Part shown: positions 18,289 to 27,113 of the stretch, piece after piece
How positions within the stretch are numbered: position 1 is the stretch's first letter
How the letters are laid out: each line of letters opens with the position of its first letter
NCBI GenBank assembly: GCA_050250895.1
Contig: JBFWNU010000002.1
Coordinates: 759,659-823,658, forward strand
From: Vulcanimicrobiota bacterium
Lineage (GTDB): Bacteria > Vulcanimicrobiota > Xenobia > Xenobiales > JADMJV01
Length of the DNA stretch: 64,000 bases
Direction of reading: 5' to 3'
Program-made: the position numbers and the translations under genes
Notes under the pieces: model-generated
Seen by the model: the letters and a program-made list of their open reading frames with translations, nothing else
Databases searched by the model: none
What the model was told of the DNA's origin: nothing

Positions 18289-20593
18289 ACAAGGCAAAAC
18301 CGCCAAGGTGCGCCGCGGCTGTTTCAAGTTCTTCCTGGTCTGTTTGTTGTTGACGGCGGGCCTTTGCCTGGCCGGAGCTACCGCCCTCGTGGCCGTGCTC
18401 AATCACTTTTCCAGAGGTCTGCCCGATGTCAGTCGCCTGCGCCAGTACGAGCCCTCCGAGACGACCCGCATCTACGCCGCCAACGGTGATCTGCTGGCTT
18501 CCCTCTATAAAGAGAATCGCACCTGGACCCCTTACGAAGACATCTCTCCCTATGTCATCAAGGCCATCGTGGCTGTCGAGGACTCGCGCTTTTATACCCA
18601 TCGCGGGGTAGACCCGGTCGGCGTGGCCCGTGCGGCCTACTATGACATTCGACACCAGGGCGCCCACCAGGGAGCCAGTACCATCACCATGCAGCTGGCT
18701 CGCAACCTCTTCTTGACGCCCACTCAGAGCATGGAGCGCAAGATTCGCGAGATGCTGCTGGCGCTCCAGATCGAGAAGAAGTTCACCAAAGACGAGATCC
18801 TCGAACTCTATCTCAACCAGATCTATTTTGGCTCGGGGGCCTACGGCATTCAGGCCGCTTCCAAGACCTACTTCAACAAGCCGTGCAAGGACCTGACCCC
18901 GGCCGAAGCAGCCCTGCTCGCCGGCCTGCCTCAGGCTCCCAGCGAATACAGCCCCTTCGTGTCCGAGCGCGACGCCAAGTTGCGTCAGATTCTGGTTCTC
19001 GGTCGCATGGTCGATGTGGGTTTTCTGGAGTGGAAAGAATACCGGGCCGCCCTGACCGAGACGCGCAACTTCGAATTCAAGCGCCACAAGAAGAAAGAGT
19101 TCCAGGTTCTCAAGCTGCCCTATTTCACCAGCTACGTGCTCAAGCAGCTTTATGAACGCTATGACGAGGACCTGCTCTATCGCGGCGGACTCAAGATCTA
19201 CACCACCGTCGAGCCGGACCTGCAGCTCAAGTCCGAGCAGATCGTGCACGATATGGTGGCCGCCGACTCCCGAGCGATCCATGTCGACAACGCGGCGATG
19301 GTGTGCATCGACAACAAGACGGGCTTCATTCGGGCTATGGTCGGCGGCACCAAGTGGACCGAGGAAAACCAGTTCAACCGCGCCTGGCAGGCCCGCCGCC
19401 AACCCGGCTCGTCGTTCAAGATCTTCGTCTACACCACCGCCATCGAGGCCGGCTATTCCCCCGACACCATCATTCCCGATACCGAGGTGACCTATCGGGT
19501 CAGCCCCACCGAGACCTGGACTCCGAAGAACTCCGACCACGCCTACCTCGGAGCGATCCCGATGTGGAAGGCCTTGATGCTGTCGCGCAACGTGGTGGCG
19601 GTCAAGCTGCTGACCATGGTCGGGGCCGACCGGGTCATCGAGTACGCCTACAAGATGGGCATCCGCGAGAAGCTGCACCCGCACTTGTCGCTGGCTCTGG
19701 GCGCGGTCGAGGTCAGCGTTCTCGAGATGGCTTCGGCCTACAGTGTGCTGCCCAACGGCGGCATTCGCGTGAAGCCGACCACCATCAAGAAGATTCTCGA
19801 CAGCAACGGCATGGTCGTCGAAGACCACACCTTCCCCAAGCAAGAAGAGGTGCTCAGCGAGACCACCGCCTCGCTGATGATCGAGATGATGAAGCGGGTG
19901 GTCGAGTCGGGCACCGGCACCAAGGCTCAGTTGCCTGGCCGGGAAGTGGCCGGCAAGACAGGCACCACCGACGACTTTAGAGACGCCTGGTTCGTGGGCT
20001 TTACGCCCGAATTCACCACCGCCGTCTGGGTGGGCAACGATGACAACTCGAAGATGTGGCACTCCTACGGCGGCGATCTGCCGGCCCGCATCTGGTCGCG
20101 CTGCATGATGACGGCTCTCAAAGGGATGCCCGCTACCCGCTTCGGCGATGTGGTCGAAGGCAAGAAGGGCATCCTGATGTGCAACGACAGCAAGCGGCGC
20201 GCCAACTCGCGCTGTCCGAACACCTACAAGGAATACTTCGCGCCCGGGCAAATCCCCGACTTCTGCCGCATGCACGGCCAGGACACGACCACCAACCAGC
20301 TGCCCGCGCCGCCCCCGAGTAACGTCGGTGAGGGCCTGCCCACCGAAGCCGGCACCCCTGACGACGCCATCCCCAGCGGCGAAGACCCGCTGGCCATTCC
20401 CCAGCCCAACGATCCGGATTGGCCCGGGCCGGGCCCCGACTCGCTGCCCAATCCGACCTGGGACTCCGACACGGACCCCCTGGGCCAGCCCGAGGAGCCG
20501 GTCACGCAGCCTACCGATCCTCTTGATAACCCGCCCATTCCTCAAGAGGTGCCCATGCCCGACTCTACCCCGGGAAAAGGCACCGAACTCTGA
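18281..20593 (+). CDS. Class A penicillin-binding protein (PBP1A family) with Pro/Asp-rich tail
   Basis: Glycosyltransferase motifs EDSRFYTHRG, GASTITMQLARN, RKIREM; transpeptidase motifs SSFK, SRN, KTGT; TTG start at 18281 preferred. Confidence 0.93.
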   Translation: MSKQGKTAKVRRGCFKFFLVCLLLTAGLCLAGATALVAVLNHFSRGLPDVSRLRQYEPSETTRIYAANGDLLASLYKENRTWTPYEDISPYVIKAIVAVEDSRFYTHRGVDPVGVARAAYYDIRHQGAHQGASTITMQLARNLFLTPTQSMERKIREMLLALQIEKKFTKDEILELYLNQIYFGSGAYGIQAASKTYFNKPCKDLTPAEAALLAGLPQAPSEYSPFVSERDAKLRQILVLGRMVDVGFLEWKEYRAALTETRNFEFKRHKKKEFQVLKLPYFTSYVLKQLYERYDEDLLYRGGLKIYTTVEPDLQLKSEQIVHDMVAADSRAIHVDNAAMVCIDNKTGFIRAMVGGTKWTEENQFNRAWQARRQPGSSFKIFVYTTAIEAGYSPDTIIPDTEVTYRVSPTETWTPKNSDHAYLGAIPMWKALMLSRNVVAVKLLTMVGADRVIEYAYKMGIREKLHPHLSLALGAVEVSVLEMASAYSVLPNGGIRVKPTTIKKILDSNGMVVEDHTFPKQEEVLSETTASLMIEMMKRVVESGTGTKAQLPGREVAGKTGTTDDFRDAWFVGFTPEFTTAVWVGNDDNSKMWHSYGGDLPARIWSRCMMTALKGMPATRFGDVVEGKKGILMCNDSKRRANSRCPNTYKEYFAPGQIPDFCRMHGQDTTTNQLPAPPPSNVGEGLPTEAGTPDDAIPSGEDPLAIPQPNDPDWPGPGPDSLPNPTWDSDTDPLGQPEEPVTQPTDPLDNPPIPQEVPMPDSTPGKGTEL

Positions 20594-21171
20594 CCGGCGC
20601 CGTCCTGGTGGGCGGCCAGGGCCGTCGCCTGGGCGGCCCGAAAGCCGAGGTGCTGCTGGCCGGCAAGGCCATGCTCGACCATGTGCTCGCGCCTTTGCGA
20701 ACCTGCTGCCAACGTGTCGTTCTGGTGGGGGACCACCAGCAGAGCGCAGCCTCCCGCGGCCTCGAGAGCTTGCCCGACCTGTATCCGGGTGAAGGGCCGG
20801 TCGGAGGCATCCTCACCGCCCTCGAGGCCACTGAGGCCGCCTGGCTGCTCTGTGTGGCCGTCGACCTACCCCTGTTGCGACCCGAACTGTTGGCTCTGCT
20901 GTGCGCGCGTATGGGCGAGACTCAAGCTGTGGTCCCCCGCTTAGCCGAGCCTGAACCGCTGGTCGCCCTCTATTGCCGCGGCGCCTTGCCGGCTATCCGC
21001 GCCGCTTTCGACCAGGGAGAGCGCTCGGCCCGTCGTATCTTGCAGCATCTCGAGGTGGAGTGGGTCGAGCGGTCCGAGTTGCTAGCCGTCGACCCCGAAC
21101 TGGTGAGTTTTCTCAACGTCAACCGGGCCGAGGATCTCGACCGGGCGCGCCAACTGCTGGAGGAACGATGA
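20590..21171 (+). CDS. mobA: Molybdenum cofactor guanylyltransferase
   Basis: TGAVLVGGQGRRLGGPKA, GPVGGI, VAVDLP, EPLVALY, FLNVNRAEDL; probable CTG start overlapping the PBP stop. Confidence 0.88.
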   Translation: MTGAVLVGGQGRRLGGPKAEVLLAGKAMLDHVLAPLRTCCQRVVLVGDHQQSAASRGLESLPDLYPGEGPVGGILTALEATEAAWLLCVAVDLPLLRPELLALLCARMGETQAVVPRLAEPEPLVALYCRGALPAIRAAFDQGERSARRILQHLEVEWVERSELLAVDPELVSFLNVNRAEDLDRARQLLEER

Positions 21172-21575
21172 AACGGCTGCTACTGGTTTTGCTGCTGTGG
21201 GCGCCCGCCCTGGCCGACCCCAGCTATCTCGAGCAGGCCCAAGCCGTGCTGAGGCAGGCTCAAGAGGTGTCGCGCCAGTTGGCCGCCGACAATCCTGCCG
21301 ACATACGGGCCGCTCACGCGCGCCTGGCCCACCACTACGAGCGCTTCTATGAGACCTGTCAGGGGCTGCCCCGGCAGGCATCGCGGGCTCGGGTAGAAGA
21401 TGTCTACTCGCGCACTCGCAGCGCCGCCGCCAACTATCTCAAGTGCCGGGGCCTGGCCGGTGAAGAGGGCCGGCGTTGGCGGGCCGACTTCCGCCAGGAC
21501 TTGCTAGAACTCGACCGGCGCATTACCCGTGCGCGCCAGGCTCTAGAGCCTCAGAAGTTCTCGCAACAAGAGTAG
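21168..21575 (+). CDS. Secreted helical hypothetical protein
   Basis: GGAGG RBS, ATGA overlap with mobA, signal peptide MKRLLLVLLLWAPALA. Confidence 0.75.
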   Translation: MKRLLLVLLLWAPALADPSYLEQAQAVLRQAQEVSRQLAADNPADIRAAHARLAHHYERFYETCQGLPRQASRARVEDVYSRTRSAAANYLKCRGLAGEEGRRWRADFRQDLLELDRRITRARQALEPQKFSQQE

Positions 21576-22294
21576 TCGAAGCGGGGATCCACGCCCCCAC
21601 AAAAAGCCGCCCCCCGGGCTCGCTGGCAATCGCGCTGGCAGTTCGACTCGCCATTGAACGGACTGGCGCCGTTGGCGCATATCCGGCAAAAAGCCGAGGT
21701 CCCGATACCGACCGCGTCGCAAAAATTTTGGTCTCCGGTGGGTGATGCAGGGTCCCCGGCGGTGGAGCCGGCGCCGCAGTTTCCTCCAGCGCAGCGTACG
21801 AAGGTGAGGCAAAAGCAGTTGCCCGTACAGCCGCCGCCGCCCGAACAGGGATCGGTGCAAAGGTTACCGGCGCAGGCCGCGTTGCAGCAAAAGTTGCATC
21901 CGCTGGGCGGGAAACCCGGCGTGGTGCAAGCAAGGGCGCATCCGGTCGCCCCCTCGTTGACGCACATCGAGGCGGCTGCCGCCGGCTTCGGTAGCCCGAG
22001 CGAGGCGATGGCCGCGGTGGCCGCCGCCGTCTTCAAAAAGGCGCGGCGAGAGTTGGGGGGCTGGAACGGTTCGACCAGCGCCTGGCCGCGTAGGCCTTCC
22101 AGGGCCCGTTCGAGGGTCTCTTCACCCACGGCCGCGGCAGCCGTGGGCCATTCGGTTTCACCATCGCACAGCTCGTAGACCCGGGCGGTGCTGGCGGGAA
22201 GACAGTGAACACGACTGGTGGCGGGATTGAAAACGAGTAGCTCGTCTTCGACCTGGCTGGTGACGAGATGTCCGAAACGCTTTGGTAATTTCAT
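21551..22294 (-). CDS. PqqD/RRE-domain protein fused to a twin-arginine-like leader and a 22-Cys C-terminal peptide
   Basis: VEDELLVFNPATSRVHCLPASTARVYELCDG (PqqD-like); SRRAFLKTAAATAAIASLGLPKPAAAAS; Cys/Gly-rich 138-aa tail. Confidence 0.8.
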   Translation of the reverse strand: MKLPKRFGHLVTSQVEDELLVFNPATSRVHCLPASTARVYELCDGETEWPTAAAAVGEETLERALEGLRGQALVEPFQPPNSRRAFLKTAAATAAIASLGLPKPAAAASMCVNEGATGCALACTTPGFPPSGCNFCCNAACAGNLCTDPCSGGGGCTGNCFCLTFVRCAGGNCGAGSTAGDPASPTGDQNFCDAVGIGTSAFCRICANGASPFNGESNCQRDCQRARGAAFCGGVDPRFDYSCCENF

Positions 22295-22348
22295 TTAACC
22301 CCCACTTTCTTGCCGAGCGAGGTTCGTCGGGGCAGCGGGGTCTGCCTT

Positions 22349-22966
22349 CTAGCGTTTAGGGGTCGGAGGTAGAAGCTGGTCGGCGGTTCTCACTTTGCGA
22401 ACCTCGGCTAACACTTTCAGGGCACCCACCTTGTCCTCGAGGGCGAGCAGGGCTTTGATGCCCACGCCATAGACCGGGTCGGCGGTGTCGCGCACATTCT
22501 CGGCCAACTGGTAGGCCCCGAGATGGTCATAATAGCGCTGCTCGATCCACATGGCCAGGCCTTCGATCAAGGCCTGGTCCTGGTGGTTTAGGCCGTTCTC
22601 GGTTTGCCAGGCGTGGGTGAGCTCGTGAGCGGTCACCCCCTGGCACACATCGCGCGACCACCCCTCCATCACCCATACCTGATGGCGGCCGTTCTCGATG
22701 CCCGTGTAAAGCCCGATCTCGGCCCCCTTATAGGGGCTGCTGGCGAACTTGGCATCCATCACCTTGGGGTCGACCAGATGCAGGTCGACCGGCTTGGTCA
22801 AACGCATGCCAAACAGCTTGTTGAGGTCGGCCAGCACCTCTTTACCCACCTCGTCGGCCTGGGCCTGGGTCTTGATCTTCTCGTAGGGATCTCGCTTCTT
22901 ACCCCCGATTTGGGCGGGAGAGGGAAGGGTCAGCAGGAGCATCAGCAACAGGCAGACTCTGGACAT
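22349..22966 (-). CDS. Secreted HExxH zinc metallopeptidase-like protein (gluzincin/DA1-like)
   Basis: Signal peptide; AHELTHAWQ followed by LIEGLAMW. Confidence 0.72.
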   Translation of the reverse strand: MSRVCLLLMLLLTLPSPAQIGGKKRDPYEKIKTQAQADEVGKEVLADLNKLFGMRLTKPVDLHLVDPKVMDAKFASSPYKGAEIGLYTGIENGRHQVWVMEGWSRDVCQGVTAHELTHAWQTENGLNHQDQALIEGLAMWIEQRYYDHLGAYQLAENVRDTADPVYGVGIKALLALEDKVGALKVLAEVRKVRTADQLLPPTPKR

Positions 22967-23014
22967 GCTCGACAATTTCTCGTGGCGGCCGGGATGTCCC
23001 TTCGGCCCAGCGTC

Positions 23015-23400
23015 TCAGACGGTATCGGGGTCGACCCCCAGTTCGCGCAGGCGGGCTTCCAGGGCTTGGCGACACTGGACCTCGCTTTCACTCGCCGGGC
23101 TTGCTGTTCGACCCGCTCGGCTAGCTCGTGGGCTATGGCCAGCATTTCTCCCGCCGGATCGACCCAGCGCAGCCACTGCGCTTCGAGGCCATCGAATTGG
23201 CCATCCCAGAGGGTCAGGCCGAGGCCGATTTCAGGGAAGTTCCGGTCCACCTTCTCGACATAATTGAGCCCGGTGAGTTCGAAGACACGTAAGGGGCGCC
23301 GGCTCAAGAACCCGGCCGGGTCGAAGATGACGTAGTAGGGCACCTTGACCCTGGCATAGCGCTCCAGCTGCTCTCCCTCCGACCAGGACATCAGCAACAA
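23015..23400 (-). pseudogene. Truncated, frameshifted Uma2-family (PD-(D/E)xK) endonuclease remnant
   Basis: C-terminal half only: YARVKVPYYVIFDP...LGLTLWDGQFDGLEAQWLRWVD; the typical tail ALEARLRELGVDPD is in another frame. Confidence 0.7.
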
Positions 23401-23515
23401 CGGCCCAACGGCTCCGAGCAGTGGCAGCGAGCCCGCCTGGCCACCGCCCCGACGACCGCTCCACCGGTGTTGGGAACAATCGTCAGACGGGCCCGGTCGC
23501 GCAACGTCCGCTTCT

Positions 23516-23575
23516 CGTCTACCGTCTACCGTCTACCGGCTACCGTCTGACCACTACCGTCTAACGTCTACCGTC
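23516..23575 (+). repeat. Tandem heptamer repeat, about 8 copies of CGTCTAC with variants
   Basis: CGTCTAC x3, CGGCTAC, CGTCTGA, CCACTAC, CGTCTAA, CGTCTAC. Confidence 0.9.
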
Positions 23576-24029
23576 CGATCTCCGCCCCCAGCACCCGGAT
23601 GTTGTCCACATAGACTCCGCCGCCGGTCTGCGAGTTCGAGGTGTGAAAGCGAAGGCGCAGCTTGACATCGGGCTGGCCGTCGAAGGCCGACATGTCGACG
23701 GTGGCCATGCGGGCGTCGAAGGTGAGTGTGGTGCTGCGTTTCTTGCTGAGATCCAGGCTGGGGCTGACCATGGTGTAATCGTGGCTGTTCTCATAGTCGG
23801 CGTTGGGGGCGTCGGTCCAGACCATGCCCCGACCCTCTTCGGCCACCCGACCCCAGCTATCGGTCGGCCAGGCTACCTGGCCTTCGGCGTCGTCAAAAAG
23901 GGCGGTGGTGCCGGCCGGCAGGGTCTTTTCGAAGGTGACCGTGTCCGACTTGTTGCCCACTTTGTCGATGGCCCGCATGGTCACCTCGAGGCTGCGGGCC
24001 TCGGGGGTGGGGGTGAGGCGGAAGGTGAA
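23575..24029 (-). pseudogene. Diverged duplicate of the 3' end of the adjacent S8 peptidase gene with an in-frame 108-bp deletion
   Basis: Aligns by eye to 24879-25441 with scattered substitutions; lacks 25003-25110. Confidence 0.88.
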
Positions 24030-24095
24030 AACAGGAATCACCCACGAGAGAAAAGTGCATAGGTGGCCCGGGGAATCGGGTCGAAGTCCGCCCTT

Positions 24096-24485
24096 ATGCG
24101 CGAGCAAACCCAATGGTGGCTCCAAACTGCACGGACCGATCAGGATGTTGCCCACACCCTGATTCGAGAAGGTCACTATGCCGCTGCAGCCTTCCACTGC
24201 CAACAAGCTGCTGAGAAAGCGTTGAAAGCTCTATTTGTCGAGTTAGGACATAACGAACGAACCCACTCGAGTCTCGAACTGCTGAGCCGATTGCGTCAGG
24301 ACGGAGTTGCCGTGGACGACGAGTTGTTTCACCGGGCGCGAAAACTGGATCGAAGCTACATCGATTCACGCTATCCCAACGGCATAGGTGGTCCACCTTC
24401 CGATTTTTATGACCAAAGAACCGCTGAGGAGCTCCTAGAATGGTCCCAGTCCGTGATGGACTTCGCCCAGTCGAAGCTCAGCTGA
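24096..24485 (+). CDS. HEPN domain protein
   Basis: AAFHCQQAAEKALKA, THSSLELL, LDRSYIDSRYP. Confidence 0.9.
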   Translation: MREQTQWWLQTARTDQDVAHTLIREGHYAAAAFHCQQAAEKALKALFVELGHNERTHSSLELLSRLRQDGVAVDDELFHRARKLDRSYIDSRYPNGIGGPPSDFYDQRTAEELLEWSQSVMDFAQSKLS

Positions 24486-24868
24486 AACGCTACCTTTCTA
24501 AGGTGGCCGAGCGCATCCCATTCTCCTCGGCAGTATTGTTCGGGTCCCGCGCTCGAAACGACCATTGGGAGTCGAGTGACATCGACCTTCTGGTGGTCTC
24601 ACCCGCCTTCGCTCCGATGACGCGCGGCACGCGAATCGACTTGCTTCTGCTCGATTGGGAGGGAATTCCATCTCTCGAGCCGTTCGGCTTTACTCCCGAA
24701 GAGGTCTGCGACCCTCAGGGGTTGCTCTTGTGGGACGCGCTCGACCATGGCCGGGTGCTGGTCGATGATGGCACCTGGCGAAAGGCCCGAAGGCAATTCC
24801 ATGAGCTAATCCAGAGCGGAGCGCTGATTGCGACATCCGGCGGCTGGCTCGAGCGGCTTGACGTCTAA
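24440..24868 (+). CDS. Minimal nucleotidyltransferase (MNT), partner of HEPN
   Basis: VLFGSRARNDHWESSDIDLLVVS; overlaps the HEPN gene. Confidence 0.88.
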   Translation: MVPVRDGLRPVEAQLKRYLSKVAERIPFSSAVLFGSRARNDHWESSDIDLLVVSPAFAPMTRGTRIDLLLLDWEGIPSLEPFGFTPEEVCDPQGLLLWDALDHGRVLVDDGTWRKARRQFHELIQSGALIATSGGWLERLDV

Positions 24869-24871
24869 CGA

Positions 24872-26998
24872 CTAGGCGCCGATCTCCGCCCCAAGCACCC
24901 GGATGTTGTCCACATAGACTCCGTCGCCGGTCTGCGAGTTCGAGGTGTGAAAGCGCAGGCGCAGCTTGACATCGGGCTGGCCGTCGAAGGCCGACATGTC
25001 GAAGGAGTAGCCGGTCCACTCGGGCGAGGCGTCACCGCGCACGATCCCTATGTGGCCCCACTCTTCGCCGCCGTCGGTGCTGGCCTCGAGCCAGAGGAAG
25101 TCCCACTTCTCGGTGGCCATGCGGGCGTCGAAGGTGAGGGTGGTGCTGCGCATCTTGCTGAGATCCAGGCTGGGACCGACCATGGTGTAATCGTGGCTGT
25201 CTTCATAGTCGCCGTTGGGGGTGTCGGTCCAGACCATGCCTCGGCCCTCTTCGGCCACCCGGCCCCAGCTGTCGGTCTGCCAGGCGACCTGACCCTCGGC
25301 GTCGTCAAAGAGGGCGGTGGTGGCGGCCGGCAGGGTCTTTTCGAAGGTGACCGTGTCGGACTTGTTGCCCACTTTGTCGATGGCCCGCATAGTCACCTCG
25401 AGGCTGCGAGCCTCGGGGGTGGGGGTCAGGCGGAAGGTGAACTCGCCAGCGCTACCGGGGGCGCCGGGGAAGGCCGGCGTGAGACGTTGCTTTTGGCCGG
25501 CCACGGTGGCGAACATCTCGATGTGGTTGAGTTGGCCCTGGTCGCCATCGTCACCGGGGTTGACCCAGCTAACCTCGAAGCCGTCGGCGTCGAGGCTCTT
25601 CATCTCGGGATTGCCCAGGTTGCCCGGGGCGATCTTGTCATCGGCCAGGGCTCGATAGGCGTTGAGGCGACCGCCCGAGACCGACTTGCCGTGCAGGTCG
25701 GCGATGGGGTCGGCGCTGTAGATGAGCCGGTCTTTGAGCTGTTCGGCGGTGAGGTCGGGATAGACGGTGGCCACCAGAGCGGCCACGCCCGACACGTGGG
25801 GAGCGGCCATCGAGGTTCCGCTCTCTTCGTCATAGTTCTCGCGGGGCAGCGTCGAGTAGACCATGGCTCCGGGGGCGTGCACGTCCACCGAGTTGGCGCC
25901 CCAGTTGCTGAAGGTGAGGGGCTCGTCGCGGCGGGTCGAGGCGCCCACCGAGATCAGGTTGGGCAGGTCGTAGCTGGCCGGATAGAAGGGCCGCACGTCG
26001 TTGTCGTTTTGATAGTTGCCGGCGGCGCAGACGTGGAGCATCGGCGAGGCGCCCAGCACGTCTTTGAGGATGGGGTTGTCGACCAGGCCGCCCCAGCTGT
26101 TGTTGGCGATCTTGGCTCCCATCTGGGTGGCGTAGAGCACCGAGAAGATGGCTCCCACCATCGAGATGCGGCCCTGGCCGTCGGCCACTTTCAGGCCCAT
26201 CAGGCGGGTCTGCCAGTTGATGCCGGCCACGCCCTGGCCGTTGTCGCCCACGGCCCCGATGATGCCCGATACATGGGTGCCGTGGCCGAGCCAGTCGACG
26301 ATGTTGCCGTTGCCGTTCTGGGTGTCGACCCCGAAGACGTCGTCGATGAGACCGTTGCGGTCAGTGTCTTGACCGTCGTATTTCTCGTTGGGATTGCGCC
26401 ACAGGTTGGGACGCAGGTCGGGGTGGGCGATGTCGATGCCGCTGTCGATGACGGCCACGATGGGGCCGTTGACCCGATCCCCGGTGGTGATGTCCCAGGC
26501 TTGCTCGGCATGGATGTCGGCGCCGACCTTGCCAAACTGCCCGTTGTTCTTGAGGTTCCACTGTTCTTCGTGAAGATCGTTGGGCAGGTTTTGCAGTCGC
26601 ATCAGGTCGTTGCTAGCGGCGCTCTTGACCCGCTGGTCGACCTCTAGGGCGGCGAGCGCGCTCGACTCGGCCAGACCGGTCGGCAGTTCGAGCAAGGCTA
26701 GTTCGCCATCGAAGGCAGCCTTCATCTGGTCGGGAATGGTGAAGACCTGGGCCAGGTTGGCTCCGTAGTCGGCGGCCAACGCTTTCATGGCGGCCTGATC
26801 GGTGCCGGCCGGCAGCTTGACCAGGACCTGGTTGGGAACGTGCTCTCCCATCCCCGCTTCGATCTCTTGGGCTCGAGCGGCGGTCAGCTCGAGGCGGTCT
26901 TCTAGATCGAACTTCGGCTCCTGACTGGGCGTGAAGGTGTCAGGGCGAGTGGATGGGGTGAGCGGAAGGGTCGGACCGGTGGCGCGAATGATAGCCAT
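24872..26998 (-). CDS. S8 subtilisin-like serine peptidase with propeptide and C-terminal beta-sandwich domains, no Sec signal
   Basis: VAVIDSGID, HGTHVSG, AAGN, SGTSMAAPHV; AAGGAG RBS. Confidence 0.93.
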   Translation of the reverse strand: MAIIRATGPTLPLTPSTRPDTFTPSQEPKFDLEDRLELTAARAQEIEAGMGEHVPNQVLVKLPAGTDQAAMKALAADYGANLAQVFTIPDQMKAAFDGELALLELPTGLAESSALAALEVDQRVKSAASNDLMRLQNLPNDLHEEQWNLKNNGQFGKVGADIHAEQAWDITTGDRVNGPIVAVIDSGIDIAHPDLRPNLWRNPNEKYDGQDTDRNGLIDDVFGVDTQNGNGNIVDWLGHGTHVSGIIGAVGDNGQGVAGINWQTRLMGLKVADGQGRISMVGAIFSVLYATQMGAKIANNSWGGLVDNPILKDVLGASPMLHVCAAGNYQNDNDVRPFYPASYDLPNLISVGASTRRDEPLTFSNWGANSVDVHAPGAMVYSTLPRENYDEESGTSMAAPHVSGVAALVATVYPDLTAEQLKDRLIYSADPIADLHGKSVSGGRLNAYRALADDKIAPGNLGNPEMKSLDADGFEVSWVNPGDDGDQGQLNHIEMFATVAGQKQRLTPAFPGAPGSAGEFTFRLTPTPEARSLEVTMRAIDKVGNKSDTVTFEKTLPAATTALFDDAEGQVAWQTDSWGRVAEEGRGMVWTDTPNGDYEDSHDYTMVGPSLDLSKMRSTTLTFDARMATEKWDFLWLEASTDGGEEWGHIGIVRGDASPEWTGYSFDMSAFDGQPDVKLRLRFHTSNSQTGDGVYVDNIRVLGAEIGA

Positions 26999-27113
26999 AC
27001 CGGTTCTCCTTGAGATTGTGTCGCCAATCTACCAGGGGCGGGTGACGGGCTGGTTGCAAGAGTATGAACATTTGACCGGAAGGCCCCTCCGGTCTACGGC
27101 CGAAAGCAGGAGG

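Noticed and set aside
18011-20545. Long antisense ORFs (844 aa here; also 55413..57482, 24947..26647, 2344..3573, 47007..48269)
   Set aside because: They are shadows of well-supported genes on the opposite strand or in another frame, as expected in high-GC DNA, and carry no recognisable motifs
23575-25441. Duplicated S8 3' end as a diversity-generating retroelement TR/VR pair
   Set aside because: Mismatches involve all four bases and are largely synonymous rather than adenine-specific, and no reverse transcriptase is present in the window
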